Assembly (NCBI GenBank): GCA_048213135.1
Contig: PS015251.1
Coordinates: 3,550 to 36,119 of the forward strand
Source: Reclinomonas americana ATCC 50394
Lineage: Eukaryota
Length of the DNA stretch: 32,570 nt
Direction of reading: 5' to 3'
Shown here: piece after piece, positions 32,564 through 32,570 of the stretch
How the letters are laid out: every line of letters begins with the position of its first letter
Position numbering within the stretch: position 1 is the first letter of the stretch
The notes under the pieces: generated by a model
Told to the model about the DNA's origin: nothing
What the model saw: only the letters and a program-made list of their open reading frames with translations
The model's database searches: none
Made by a program: the position numbers and the translations under genes

Positions 32564-32570
32564 GGGAAGG

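Overview
Intron-dense eukaryotic genomic DNA, probably from a flagellated protist (it carries GAS8/DRC4). Exons are GC-rich, introns are either short (~50-75 nt) or long and filled with GA/CT repeats, and there are four N gaps. Most long ORFs in the supplied track are repeat artefacts. Splicing by hand, using reading-frame continuity and family motifs, gives nine genes: (1) a partial type II membrane GT61-like glycosyltransferase (-); (2) a 7-blade WD40 protein with near-identical repeats (+); (3) GAS8/DRC4 (-); (4) a GLEBS + GFG-repeat Nup98-like protein with no autoproteolytic domain (-); (5) a secreted single-domain phospholipase B-like GDSL lipase with a duplicated 5' end (+); (6) a Cdc123/R2K-type ATP-grasp protein ending in a CaaX box (-); (7) a secreted protein with a Cys-rich C-terminal domain (+); (8) a two-lobed EF-hand protein (+); (9) the first exon of a probable RING protein (+). 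The strongest unusual signals are in splicing. About 9 of ~57 modelled introns use a 'shifted' donor (GTTGCG/GTTGAG/GTTACG, the normal donor with an extra T). There is one textbook AT-AC U12-type intron and several 9-19 nt microexons. All gene models are manual and lack transcript support.
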